Shown here: positions 38,902 to 52,066 of the stretch, one piece after another
How positions within the stretch are numbered: the stretch's first letter is position 1
Layout of the letters: every line of letters starts with the position of its first letter
From: Eledone cirrhosa
Lineage: Eukaryota
Length of the DNA: 64,000 nt
NCBI GenBank assembly: GCA_964016885.1
Contig: OZ024757.1
Coordinates: 11,842,001 to 11,906,000 of the forward strand
Direction of reading: 5' to 3'
The notes under the pieces: model-generated
What the model was told of the DNA's origin: nothing
Databases searched by the model: none
What the model saw: the letters and a program-made list of their open reading frames with translations, nothing else
Program-made: the position numbers and the translations under genes

Positions 38902-38971
<70 letters not shown>

Positions 38972-39201
38972 ATTTCTATTTATTTGCCACGAGGGCACAA
39001 AAGAAGGGGACATTTACACAGTGGGGGAGTTTACATAAATCGAGTAAAGAAAAAAGGAATAACAATAATAATATAACAATAAAAGTCCTCAAAAGGGAGG
39101 GGGCGTGTTGGGGATTGCACATACCCCCGAAAAGTGTGCAACTCTTTTCGCGGGGGAAGCCCAGAGAGGAGGCGCTCCCCCTTTCCTCTTCACTTCTTCA
39201 C

Positions 39202-42200
39202 CTACAGAACAATGTAGAGAGAAGGCCCATTTACACGGGCCATTCTCGCTTCTTTCACCCACCTTTCATAAAACTGTCTGGGACCAAGCACTTCTCTCTC
39301 CATCCTGATTCTTCTTCCGAAGTGGTATCGGAAGAAGTAAACCAGGTGATGGCCGGAGAGAAAGTCACCCGACCTCAGACCTTTCAGGCGCGTCCACCAC
39401 ACAACCTCTTTCATCATGGCTATTACGCACAGAAAGACCGCCTCTGCTTCATTTCTGAAGGGAGGAGGCGGCTTGATGTTCACCACAGACTCGGCGGTTA
39501 ATCGAATCGGCGCCACACGCGACAGCAGTCGTTCGACGTAGCCCCACAGATCGGCAACGCCCGGGCAGTGTACCAGTGCATGCGCAACGGTTTCCTCGTC
39601 GCGCACGCATCTGGGACAGATCTTTTTCGCGGGATCCCTGCCCGGGCGCCCGTGTCTGTAGAGCTTTTCTCGAACGGGCAGAGCCCCCCGGTAACACTGC
39701 CAGGCTAGGGACCTCTGGAAGTTGTCCATGGGTCCCGGGCCGAAAGTTCTACCGAACAGGCTGGCCAGTTCGTCCTCCTCCATGCCTAGCGACTCTCCAA
39801 GGGTGTCGTCGCCCCTGCTAGCCACCAACCCTCTATAGAATGTCGAGGTGGATTCTCCACTGACAGTCGGGTCCGCTTGCCAAATAGCCGTGAGCGCCTG
39901 GGCACACTCGGTGTGCCAGTTGCCCAGTTTTCTCGGTCTTTGCTTCACCCAGGATTGCAGTTCGGTGAGCGAGACGAGCCGTGGGAAGGCTCGCCTCACA
40001 AACGGGGCCCACACCGGCTGACCGTTGAGGAATACCTGTAGATGCCGTAGCCTCAATGCGTGCCTACGCATCAACAGCCACGGCATACCCAGCCCTCCTT
40101 TCGAAGGGTGCTGGCAGCAGATGGATCTCCTCACCATGGGAGGCCGCTTCTTCCAGAGGAACTGGAAGAGCATGCGTTCCATGATGGTGAGCTTTTCCTT
40201 GGGGCAAGGCACGACGGTCAGGCGGTAGTAGATGACGGACGCTATGTAAGCGTTCGTCACCTCCGCCCGACCTTTCAGTGATAGTTTGCACTTGGCCCAC
40301 TTCTGGGTCAGCGCAAACACCCTGCTCGTCACCTCGCCCCAATTCTTCTCCACCTGGAGGTCCGGTCCGAACCAGACCCCGAGCAGCTTCACCGGGCCCT
40401 CCGTCCACCGCCCGACGATACCGTCTAACGGCATCGGTTTGCCCCTCCACGTTCCGAGTTGCAAACCGACTGACTTGTCCTGGTTCAGCTTAGCCCCCGT
40501 CAGCCTTTCGTATTCCTCCAGTAGGGTGGCGATCGCCCCGATTTCCGAGGCGTCCGCCACCATTACTGTTACGTCGTCGGCATAGGCCGAGACCGCTTTG
40601 TGCAATCCCGGTTCCAGGGGTATGCCCCGCAGCAACTCCAACTTCCGCAGCAGTGGCTCGAGAGTCAATACGTACAGAAGGGAGGAGAGGGGGCACCCCT
40701 GTCTGATGGATCGGGTGATTTGAAACGGCTCCGAGAGGTAGCCGTTTACTTTAATCCTAGAGTAGATGTTGCCACTGTGCATGGCAGAAATCCAGCCCCT
40801 GAAAACGGGTCCGAAGCCCGCCGCCGCTAGCACCGCATCCAGGTAACCATGGTCGACCCTATCGAACGCCTTAGATTGATCCAAGTTGATCAGGGCCCCA
40901 CCAAAGCCGGGTTCGTAGCCAACCCTCTCTATGATGTATCGCATGAGGTGGAGGTTGTCGTGAATGGACCTGGACGGGATAGCGCATGTCTGCGCGTCTC
41001 CCACCAAACCACCCACCACAAGCGCCAACCTCTTCGCCAACACCTTGGCCAAAATCTGTAACTCTGCATTCAGCAGAGTTATGGGCCTAAAGTTACTTAA
41101 GTCGTCCCCCTTGCTCTCGTCCTTCCTCACTAGCGTGACCACGCCCTTGGTCACAGAACAGGGAATTCTCCCGTTCTGTTGCCAGTTGCAATAGACAGCC
41201 TCGAGGAGTTCGGAGAACAAGACCGGCATAGCTAAATAAAGTTCGTATGGTAGACCATCGAGACCCGGGGATTTGCGTCTGCTGCATTGGCTGAGCGCTT
41301 CCCCGATTTCAGTGGCTGTGATTGGCCTTTCGCAGCACTCCGCTTCGCCGCTCGAAAGACGCGGTAGACCGTCGAGGTATGGACGGAAGTCCACATCCCC
41401 GTCCGGCCCCCCGCCACCTCCGAACAGTCGAGCAAAGTGCCTTTGAAAGGTCTCGCACATTCGCTCAGGTTCAAGGATCACCCGTCCATCCTGGTCTCGC
41501 AAAGACCGAATGGTGGATTTAATCCCACTCTTGGCTTCTGTCACGCGGGCCCAGCTAACAGCTTTGGTCCCCTCGTTTCCTAAAGCACGTATTTTACTTC
41601 GGACAACGCAGCCTTCGTGCTTCGCGTCAAAGAACTGGCTCAATGCCGTTCTCGTCGCTAACACTCTGGCTACGTCTCCGCTCCTAATCGCCTCTTCTAG
41701 TTTATCTGTTAACTCCCTTTCCCTCCTATTTCTATTCGCCGCTAGTTCCTTACTGTAACCTATCGAACTTACTCTAATCTCTCTCTTTAGAGATATCCAC
41801 CACCTACTGTTGACGATCGCTCCCGTCAACCGCATCTTAACTAAGCTACTAATCCGGTTTCTGTAATCTTTCTTTGTCGGTAAGGACAAGTTCATCTTCC
41901 AGTAACCGGGACCCTGTCTATGCGTTCTATCAAGGTTGACCACGCAGGTCACTAATTTGTGATCTGAATAGCCAACCATGATCAGTTCTGGACAACTAAA
42001 TACGTCCCTATCCTTACTCCTAACCAAAAACCTATCTAGGTACGATCTAGATTGTCCACTGCGGTTTGCCCAGGTCCAGGTTGGCGCAGTTGGACAATCT
42101 AGTCGAAATCTATCGACCAGGTCGAATCGATCGAGTAACCCCTTGAGGCTGCTACACCCCCCTCTATCGGGACATGCCCCTGCATAGTCCCAACGCGCAT

Positions 42201-42635
42201 CTAGGATTCCATTCCAGTCCCCCACTAAAAGCAGGGAACGCGACGTTCCTAGAAAAGTCTCCAGACGCTGGAAGAAGTCGGCTCTTTCCGCCCCGAAGGG
42301 AGCATAAAGACCGACCAGTCTGAAAGCCCCGCCTTCACCGCCTCCGACGTCCAGCACCAGTAATCGACCCCCCGGGTCCGAGTGAACAATCTGTACGTCG
42401 AGAGTCAGACGTTTATCCAGCAGTACGGCAACTCCCCCCCCCCCCCGCCTCCGGGTTGACAGAGAGATGCGTGCATCTCAAAGTCATCGAAGGCGGGCGC
42501 CAGCTGTCTCACGCTGCTGATCCGACTCTCGCAAACAACCATCACATCTATACTTTGTGACCTGAGGTCACTTAGAAGCTTTGCTTGCTTCCAAGCTGAG
42601 CCCAGGCCACGCGCGTTCAAACAGCCAACTCTCAA
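39202..42635 (-). CDS. Tx1-like ORF2 (APE endonuclease, reverse transcriptase, C-terminal CCHC-like domain), one frameshift in the C13 run 42434-42446
   Basis: LNARGL, GDWN, SDH, LDQSKAFDRV, QGCPLS, YADD and CPRC..ETVAHALVHC. Confidence 0.92.
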
Positions 42636-42640
42636 TTGAT

Positions 42641-44508
42641 CTATTTTGGTGTTGAAAGTGAAGAAAGAAAAGCACTTACCTCTCCGGGTTGCATAATTTC
42701 CATGGCATCAGGTGTGTTGGGTGGAGGGATGTTTTGTGGTGGTGTGGGGGTACACGTGTGTGGTGGGGTTGGGGTATTTGGAGTTGTGTCAGGGAGAGGG
42801 GCGGTTATGGGGAAATCTTTCAAGAGGACGCGATTCAACGGTTTTAAACAGGGGGGGCTCACGTCCCGTCTAAATTGTTCTTTTAAGGAACGATAAAGGT
42901 CCAGAGGGACCTTTATCATTTTTAAATGGGTGAAGTTCTCTGTTGAGATAAAGTTTGGCCCTTCGGTCTGCACCATAGGGTTATTGTTTATTAATTTAAC
43001 CAGTTTTTTGTTTTCTTTATTTATATATGTGTATTGCAACGTCTTTTTTTTGTGATGCTGTCAATGTTTCGGAGAGGGGAGGCGCAGATTTATTTTTGTT
43101 TGTTGAGGGTGGGGTGTTTTTGATTGGAGTTGGTGTTTGTGTGTGGGTTATTTGTGGTGTGCTGGGTGTGTGTTTTCTTTTTTTTCTTTTAACTTGTCTG
43201 AAGGCTTCTCCTCCTTCTTCTTCAGAAGTTGGGGGAAACTCTTCAGCGCTAGGTGGGAGGGACGTGTTGTGTGGTTGTTTTTTTTTGCGGGAGGGGTAGA
43301 TTTGTTACTGTTTTTTTTATTATTTGTTTGGAATGGGTTTTGTGGTGGTGGTGGTAATGTTTGTGTCGTGCTTGTGGTTGGTGATGGTGGTGGTGATGTT
43401 TGTGTTGTGGTTGGTGGTGGTGATTTTTGTGTCGTGCTTGTGTTTGGTGCTGGTGGTGGTGATGTTTGTGTTGTGTTTGTGGTTGGTGGTGTCTGTATTT
43501 TGTTTGCTGTGTGTGGTATTAGTGTATTTTTGGAGGTGGGTGGTGTTGGTGTACTGTTTGTGGTGGGTGTGGGCAATAGTCCTTTTTGGGGGATACGTTT
43601 CGGGCAGTTAGCCTTAACGTGTCCCCTTTCCATGCATAAATAGCATGCTGGTCTTCTCCCCTCTACAATTATGTCTATTGGGGTAAGGTCATCCAGCCAG
43701 ATGCGATCCGGGATTTGTGCTATTCTTTCGGGCCTCATTTGGACTAGTATGTCGAGGCCCATTCCCAGGAACGCATCTCCAGTTGCCTTCCCCATTGACA
43801 GCATTGTGTCTTCGCCCATATCAATGAAGCCAGCAATAGCCCACCAGAAGTCCATTGTGGGCAGCATTGTTTTTACTTTTACTCTCTGTGTTCTTCTACC
43901 CATGTAGGAGGGATAGAAGCTATATGTTGTCGACGAGAGTGGGCTTAGGGAAAGCTTCTCCGCCGTTTCTTTGTCTCTTGTTAGGACCGAAATGCTGCCA
44001 TAGAGTCGGTCCTTTCGTATGAAGAGAATATTCTTCATATAGTCTTTTAGGACTAACTCTATTTCCATTTGGCTGGGCTGTGCTGGCTTTCTTGTCTGGT
44101 TTAGTATAGTTCTGTAGAGAACTGTGTTTTCTGCTCTGGCTTTCTTGAATTCTGGGGGGGGGGGGGGGAGTTAATGGAAAACATTCCGTTCTCCCCCAAA
44201 ACAATGTGTTTCTTTGCTTCGGCCAGTTTTTCTCTGGCGGCAGTTAGGTCAATTGGTGTGTATGTAATGGATTGTTTTGTTTTCTGGGCGAAAGTTGCCC
44301 TGTCGTTATTTGTATTATTTTCTGTTTGTTTGTTTTCTGTTTGCTCATTTTCCTTAACATTTGTTTTTTCATTTTGTTTGTTTGTTTCAATGTCTAATTT
44401 TGTTGTAATTATTTTTTGTTCTTCAGACTTGGGGGGCGTGGCAGAGCTAATGGCAGACATGTCTGCCATCTTTTCCGCCATGCTGCCAAGAAAGAAATTT
44501 TTCGGCAA
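42641..44508 (-). CDS. Tx1-like ORF1 (gag-like, zinc knuckle, Thr/Pro-rich repeats) split by frameshifts in homopolymer runs
   Basis: CYLCMERGHVKANC (CX2CX4HX4C); TTQTSPPP repeats at 43340-43570; frames switch at the G15 run 44154-44168 and near the T-run around 43180. Confidence 0.8.
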
Positions 44509-45099
44509 AAATAGATATTTATTTTACCCCCTAAAAAGGGGGTAAATGCAAAAATGTTTCCCTAAATAACAGGGGTTAGTGTTCCAAATGTGTTGCACTA
44601 AAAAATTTATCCGGTACTTACAATAGTAAGGGTAAATCCCGATGGAATAGCGGAGCCGATGCGAAGCGTGTCTTACTCTATCAAGATAGATAGATAGATA
44701 GATAGATATGAAACACAAATTTAAATAATTTTGAAAACCATACAATGCACTAGAAAATAAAAATTTCAAAGATAACAATAGAATCTTTACCTTAATAATC
44801 CCAAATTAAATAATCCCAAATATTTTCAAGTTTAAAAAGCCATTATCAAGGGAGAATTAGAATAACTATGTTAATTCACACGTTTAATCAATATGCTAGT
44901 AATTTATTCAGATTTGTATAAATAACTGTTTCTACTTTTGGCACAAGGCCAGCAATTACCCAGTACATTACTGGCACTTTATTTTATCGACCCCAAAAGG
45001 ATGAAAGGCAAAGTTAACCTCGGCGGGATTTGAACTCAGACCGTAAAGGGACGTAACTATGCTGGAAAGCATGGCGTCCGATTCTCTACTGATACTGCC

Positions 45100-47310
45100 A
45101 ATCCACCGTGTTCATATTAAAACAAAACACATTTTTAAAAGTAAAAAAATATTTAAGAAATGGAAATGTAAAGAAGAAAAACGAAAACGAATCAAGCAAC
45201 GAAAATAATTTGTTCTACATTTGGCACAAGGCCAGCAATTATCCCAGTGTATTACTGATTTTATCGACCCATGTAACAATGAAAGGCAAAGTTAACCTCG
45301 GCGGGATTTGAACTCAGACCATAAAGGGCCGTAACTCTTTGCTGCAAAGCATGGCATCCGACCCTCTACTGATACTGCCAATCCATGGAAATGTAAAGAA
45401 GAAAAACGAAAACATATCTAGCAACGAACATAATGGGAGAGAGGGAGAGGAACAGACACTATATTGCAGTCTGAGCTGTTATTCAGCCCCACCCTACAGA
45501 CAAAATGACAAAGGTGTTACCATAGAGAATAGCCAGAGACCCCAACTGCAACATACACCCCATCTAATGGGACTCCTTCCTCAAGTGGGCTGCTGTCTTT
45601 CTAATTTTGAGGAGGAAATCAGCAGTGTGGGGACAAAGATGACATGGTTAGTCAGGCCCCAGTATTTAGCTATCTCCCTCTTCTCTCTATTGCAGGTAGT
45701 AAAGCCTGGGTTTGTAGCTGCAGTGAAAATGTTGGAGGCAGCGAATGATCCAACCCATGCTAAACCTCCAACTAAAGCTGCTACTTGTCTTTTTCAGCTG
45801 TGGAGATTAGAGACATGTGGAATGATGTGTCTTGCTTAAGGACACAATGTACCTCCTTGACTGAGAATTGAAAACATGATATTGCGATATGCTGTATGAC
45901 TTCACTATAAAATATATATGTTTGTATACATATATATAAGCATATATTTGTGTGTATACATTGTCTCATTCCATGAGAGTAACTTGGTCAGCCTATGAAC
46001 TCTTCAGCCGAACATTGTATATAAATATACATGTTTGTCAGTGTGTGTGTACATATGTATATATAATGTTGTCAAAACTTCTATATACACGATATTTAGT
46101 ATTGTCCAATATATATAGACCATATATAATGCTGTCCAAAGGAATGGCTGAAACAGCTTGACCTCAGTGATGTCACAGCTCATCATCATTTAATGTCCAG
46201 TTTCTTTGCTAGCAAGGGCTAGACAGGTTGTCTTCAAAGACCAAGGTGGGGTTGGGGTCCTCCTTTCAGTTACATATGCTCACAGCTTCTACTGGGTGTA
46301 TTTTTTTGTTGCACCAATACTAAAGTGATTGTCATGTCCTTTACACAGTAGAAGGGTCCGCCCAACCCTTTTTTTAGCAGGTTTTCAATAGGTGGATGTC
46401 CTTCCTATCACCAATATTCATCATATATATGTATATGTATATATGCACTATACAGTCTATATATACACTACATATATATATATACCGTATTTCCCATCCT
46501 CAAAGACCCTAATTTTGACAACCTAAAATTTGAAAATAAAAAATAAACCTTCAGCCTCCAGGACGTGTGGTAGATTTTTGCAACTTATTTTAAGAAAAAA
46601 GTAGCGTATTCGACGCCGGTAAGTAGAGTAGTATATATTCTATACATAAAATATATTATGTTATCCACAGGGAGGTCAAAGGCTGATACTATTTGGTGCC
46701 AGTGTCTTCACAACTAATATATACACTATATATCCTCTATATATACTGGGCAGTATTCTGAGCAACAGTGGCAACATTGAGCTGAACATCAACTGCAGGG
46801 TTGTAAAGGTGACTGCGGTGTTCCAATGGATGCGCTCCATCTGGTCAAACAGAGTCAACAGCATGTATTTTAAACTCTGCTTGTACACTAGCATTGTACT
46901 GCCCATGGCCATCTCTGAGTGTGAAACATGGAAACACACTGTGAAGATGGATTGATCTCTAACAACTTTCCATCAAAGGAGCCTGCATAAATTGTAAAGG
47001 TCAGCTGGAGAGATCCTGTGGAGAGCAGGGTCACATCCACTGCAGGAGATCATCATGGAATGTTGGTTCCATTTTGCGGGTCACATTCTGCACCTCCCAG
47101 AAGATCACCCATCCAAAACAGCGATGACATGGATTCCCCTTGAAGGCAAGTGGAAAAGAGGCCGACCAAAGATGACCTGGTGGATCACATTCCAAAATGT
47201 CCCACAAACTGTCAACATCAGCTGGCATGGATGTCAACAAGCTGTCACCAACTGAAATCATTGGAGACAATTAGTTGACATATTCCTGTTGGAACAATCT
47301 GGACTAAGAA
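45100..47310. repeat. Segmental duplicate of ~59380-62895
   Basis: Pseudo-ORFs 45339-45839 and 59623-60021 are near-identical; the RTE fragment at 46745-47310 matches 62380-62895. Confidence 0.85.
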
Positions 47311-49249
47311 CTAAAGAGCTACACATACCATGTTATCACTATATATATATTCAGTACACACAATATATATAGACTATATGATGTTGTCCAAAGGAAAGTC
47401 AAAGGCCGATATAACTTGGAACTAGAGTTGTCACAACTCATTTTTTTCCAGGTGATTGAACTGAAGCAACATGAAATAAAATGTTTTATTGTACAACAGA
47501 ACATGCTGCCCAGCCCAGGAATTGAACTAACAAGTTTATCATTGAGTCCAACACCCTAACCAATACTCTATTACCTTTTACTCATGACTTCAAGGGATCC
47601 TGTGAAAACAAAGGCAATAATACACCATTGATACCATTGATGATCAACTGGTCAATCTATCAAATAAAATGACCATCATCATCATCATTCACTGTCCACT
47701 ATCACTAAAACATAGGAAGACATGTAGCTTAGTGGTAAGAGAGTTTGATTGACAACCATGAGGTTCTGAGTTCAATTCCTAGACTAGGTTAAGTCCTTCA
47801 GCAAGACACTTAATTTCACCTTGCTCTATCTGCCAGGAGTTACAACTGGTAGATTGTAGATTATATCATCAATTGCAAAGTCCAATGGAAACATTGTTTC
47901 CTTGTTCCAATCTGATGAGTTCCACTCCACTTGGTAAGTAAGGTCTTGGATATTGAGATTTGTTACAAAAAAATCACTAAAATCAAGATGGTGGGTTGGT
48001 ATAACTACCTGGTTTGGATGTGTTGTGGTGTGGCGTGTGTCTGTTGTGAAAATTTTACACATATAGGACCTAGAAGGGGTATGTGAGGACTCAACCCCCT
48101 ACAACCCTCTCAGAAACAAATGGGTGAAGAAAAAGAAAAGAAAGTTGTAAAGTATTTTCAAATGTTAATTTTTTTTAAATGTCATAATTTGAACTGTCAT
48201 GAAAGTACAACCCAACAAATATTAAAGTTATAAAATTGGTTTTATTAACACATAGATGTGGATATTTTGTAACAAAAATAAATCAGAGTTTATAAAATAA
48301 ACGCATAAATACATCGATCTTTTGTTTTGTTTTTCTTGCTCTGATGGAGTCATAGGGGTGTCACTGTGGGCATTTGAAGCTTGGTGGAGCCCTTCACTCA
48401 CCAGGTTAGAACAGGTGAGAGAGGAAGTGAGATAGAAATATAGAGAGGAAGAACAGACGCCAGTGGTAGACTGGTACTTTTTTGTTATCAACATTGAATG
48501 GATGAAAGGCAAAGTTGACCTCAGCACGATTTAAACTCAGAAAGCGGAGAATCAGAACAAATATGGCAGAAAGCATTCTATCTATTGTTTTATAGACTTT
48601 AAATAACTGTTTCTACTTTTAACTCAACCCCAGTGCATTACTGGTTATTTATTTTACTGAAAAAGAGTAAAGCTAACCTTAGCAGGATTTTAATACAGAA
48701 CATAAAGGGATGTAACTATATGACACAAAGCATATCGTCTGACACTCTACTGATTCTGCCAATCCACCAGCCTCAACAATGAAATGAGATTGTGTCTCTG
48801 CGAGAAACCTTAATGACAAATAATATGAAGTGGAACTTCCTCCAGAGTGTATTTGTGGATTACAATACAAAACCTCTGAGAATGATTTCTAAAATATTTC
48901 ACCATAGTTAAATTTCATTAATATATATTATTATTATTATTATTTATTAGGTCAGGTGGATTGGCCAGAAAATTCTACACTTCTTTTTTAGATGTCATGA
49001 TCTTCCATGGCATTCCTGAGATCATTAATCTCCAGCTGGACATCCAGAGACATCTGATCTATGTAGGTCAATCTCAGTCATCCCACTAGGGTCTTACAAT
49101 GTTTAGGTATCCACCACAGGAAACAGCTCACCAGGTCATCCGACCCTCAGTATCAATATATATATATATATATATATACACACAGACAGACACACATATA
49201 TATATATTTATTTTCTTCTTTCCAGAGTGTGTTTGTATATTTGTGTGTT

Positions 49250-49612
49250 TCACATTTCACAGTGATGGGGTTTATCACTAGTATTGACTACATTTGTGAA
49301 CAACCAGCGAAGAATTCCATGTGAAAGATTTCTCACATATTTCACAATGGAAGGGTTTTCTCCAGTGTGACTCCGTATGTGGATGACAAGATTAGAATTA
49401 TCAGTAAAAGATTTCCCACATATTTCACAGTGGAAGTGTTTTTCTTCAGTGTGACTCCGTATGTGGATGACAAGATTAGAATTATAAGTGAAAGATTTCC
49501 CACATATTTCACAATGGAAGGGTTTTTCTCCAGTGTGTATTTTCCCATATGAGGAGAGTTTCAGTCTTGAAGAGAAAGTTTTCCTACAAATCTCACAGCT
49601 ATATTCAGACAT
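49250..49612 (-). pseudogene. C2H2 zinc-finger gene C (4 finger units, frameshift near 49355)
   Basis: Same [13 protein letters not shown] start as B and E; a one-base loss in a TGEKP linker shifts the last finger out of frame. Confidence 0.8.
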
Positions 49613-50501
49613 ATTTCTAGCTAGAGATCTTTACATAAAGGATTCTCACCACTTCTACTCATACATTAAGATATGTAGATATGGTTAATAGATGCTATGT
49701 AGTCTAATATACAAAGGGTCCATAAAAGACTGCAGAACTCCGCTTTCTTCTTCTACAAAGTTGTAATGTAGAATTCAGTTGGTACAAGTAATAAGACATA
49801 TGACATCGTAAGACTGATCTTGGGTGAAGAAAAAAGCAAGTGCTTATATAGAAATATATATATATATCATCATCATCATCACCACCGTTTTACGTCCGTT
49901 CTGTTACGTTATGTCTAGCATAGGTTAGACGGGTTGTCCTGTTGTGGGCATTGTCCGGTCAGCTGACCTTGTCTTGCTCATACGGGAACTGATTCTGGCT
50001 TGATTTCTACAGCTGGATGCCCTTCCTGCTTTATATATATATATAGATACATATATGTAAGTGATTATTGTGGAGTATACCACTATTATTTTTGCTCAGG
50101 TGAGAGAAGCTCTATTCACAATAACATCCTCAGCTCATAAAACAAACGAATAAGACTTCTATAGTTAAGGTTCTTGTTATTGAGGACAGTTCAGGTGACA
50201 AGAGAATTAATATCCATAATTTTAAAAGACAAATGTTAATATATATACACATATATATATACAGACATACAGTGTGTACGTATGAGAGAGAGAAATAGAC
50301 GTGTGTGTAGAAATATGTGTGTACGTGTTGTAATAATCAAGATATTTCACTTTAGATACAAGAAAAGTTCACAATGTTTCTGTTGTGGTGGAAAATGAAA
50401 TAATACGTACTTTAGTTTTCAAATAAAGTCAATAAAATTTCGGAAAAACTAATTATTCACTGATTTCTGATTAAAAAAACATTTTCCTGTCCTGTAAAAT
50501 G

Positions 50502-50780
50502 ATCAGATGGCAGAAGTTGGGCAGCCTGCTGTTTCTTGTTATGTAATTCTACTGGAATCTCTTCAGGAGCCTTTGAGATGTTGGCTGAGGCAGTGTTGAT
50601 CTGGTTCTCTATCAGTGTGGGTGTAATTCCAGTGATGTCCGAGTAGAGACTGTTATAGTTGAGATGTTGGTGGGCTCGGTTGTTGTAGGCCTCTCTGGTA
50701 ATAACACAACACTCTTTTCCCTTGACCAATGAGAGGTATACAAGGTTCTTAGATCTGAGGTTAACTTAGGTTAGCGAGTT
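50502..50780 (-). mobile_element. Degraded Penelope-like RT N-terminal fragment
   Basis: LVYLSLVKGKECCVITREAYNNRAHQHL..SLY resembles the (A)DKG..VV....Y......L....Y pre-RT motif of Penelope-like elements. It interrupts the ZNF-C upstream region relative to paralogs B and E. Confidence 0.45.
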
Positions 50781-51039
50781 GTGGTCTGGAGAGGTGGTGG
50801 TGAGTATGGGTGTGTTTTTGTAGGATCTCGAGAATAAACTCTCACAGTTAAAACTTACCATGACTAACATCCTACAAAAACACACACATACTCCCCACAA
50901 CCTCTCCAGAGGTGAAAGCAGTGATTCTTTGCTTAAACTTTAATCTGTTCTTATAATATATATATAACCAAGTGAAAAGATATATACATATATCTTTTCA
51001 CTTGGTTATATATATAGAGAGAGAAAGAGCCAAATATTG

Positions 51040-51062
51040 TATATGATATATGGCTCTTTCTT

Positions 51063-51093
<31 letters not shown>

Positions 51094-51365
51094 CTTTATA
51101 TTTGGTTGTTATGTCTCTCTCTCTCTATATATATATATATAACGAAGGAAATGTTGTAAGGAACGAGATGGACCATAACGCACCAAAGTACTCAATACTT
51201 AGGGTAGTAGAGTGGGTAATAGGAACGAGTAGGACCCCGACGGCTGAGCTCAAGCCGTTTCGACAGCTAATTCTCTCTCTCTATATATATATATTTGTAT
51301 TTGGTTGTTATGTCTCTCTCTCTCTATATATATATATATATGTATCTTTGTATTTGGTTGTTACG

Positions 51366-51414
<49 letters not shown>

Positions 51415-51497
51415 CTTTGTATTTGGTTGTTACGTCTCTCTCTTTCTCTCTCTCTCTCTATATATATATACATATATCTTTGTATTTGGTTGTTATG

Positions 51498-51555
<58 letters not shown>

Positions 51556-51590
51556 CATATATATCTTTGTATTTTGTTGTTATGGCTCTA
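51040..51590. repeat. Compound minisatellite TCTTTGTATTTGGTTGTTA(T/C)G(TC)n(TA)n, about 6-7 units
   Basis: Direct inspection. Confidence 0.9.
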
Positions 51591-52066
51591 GATAAAGTCT
51601 ATTGAGCTTCCTTATTGAGAAACACACAATTCTAAACATATTTGATATGTTATATACTCAAATAATTGTTTCTACTTTGGGCACAAGGCCATCAATTACC
51701 CAGTACATTACTGGTACTTTATTTTATCGACCCTGTAAGGATGAAAGGCAAAGTTAACCTCAGCGGGATTTAAACTCAGATTTGAAAGGGCTGTAACTCT
51801 ATGAGTCAAAGGATGGCGTCCGACCCTCTACCGATACTGCCAATCCACCGCCCTATTATATACTCAAATATGGATTGGCAGTATCGGTAGAGGGTCTGAC
51901 ACCATGTTTTGACGCATAGAGTTCAAATCCCGCCGAGGTCAACTTTGCCTTTCATCCCTACGGGGTCAATAAAATAAAGTACCAGTAATGCACTGGGTAA
52001 TTGATGGCCTTGTGCCAAAAGTAGAGACAATTATTTGAGTATATATATATATATATAGAGAGAGAG

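Larger units (their letters stand above)
38971..44683 (-). mobile_element. Full-length Tx1-like (L1 clade) non-LTR retrotransposon
   Basis: ORF1 with a CCHC knuckle and ORF2 with APE, RT and a C-terminal Zn motif; 5' and 3' UTRs; AATAAA; (GATA)n on both sides. Confidence 0.93.

Noticed and set aside
45339-45839. 166-aa ORF with a 132-aa paralog at 59623-60021
   Set aside because: Similarity is explained by recent segmental duplication; it starts inside a SINE and has no recognisable domain.
46482-46630. pogo/Tigger-like MITE beginning TACCGTATTT
   Set aside because: The right-hand TIR is too degenerate to confirm.
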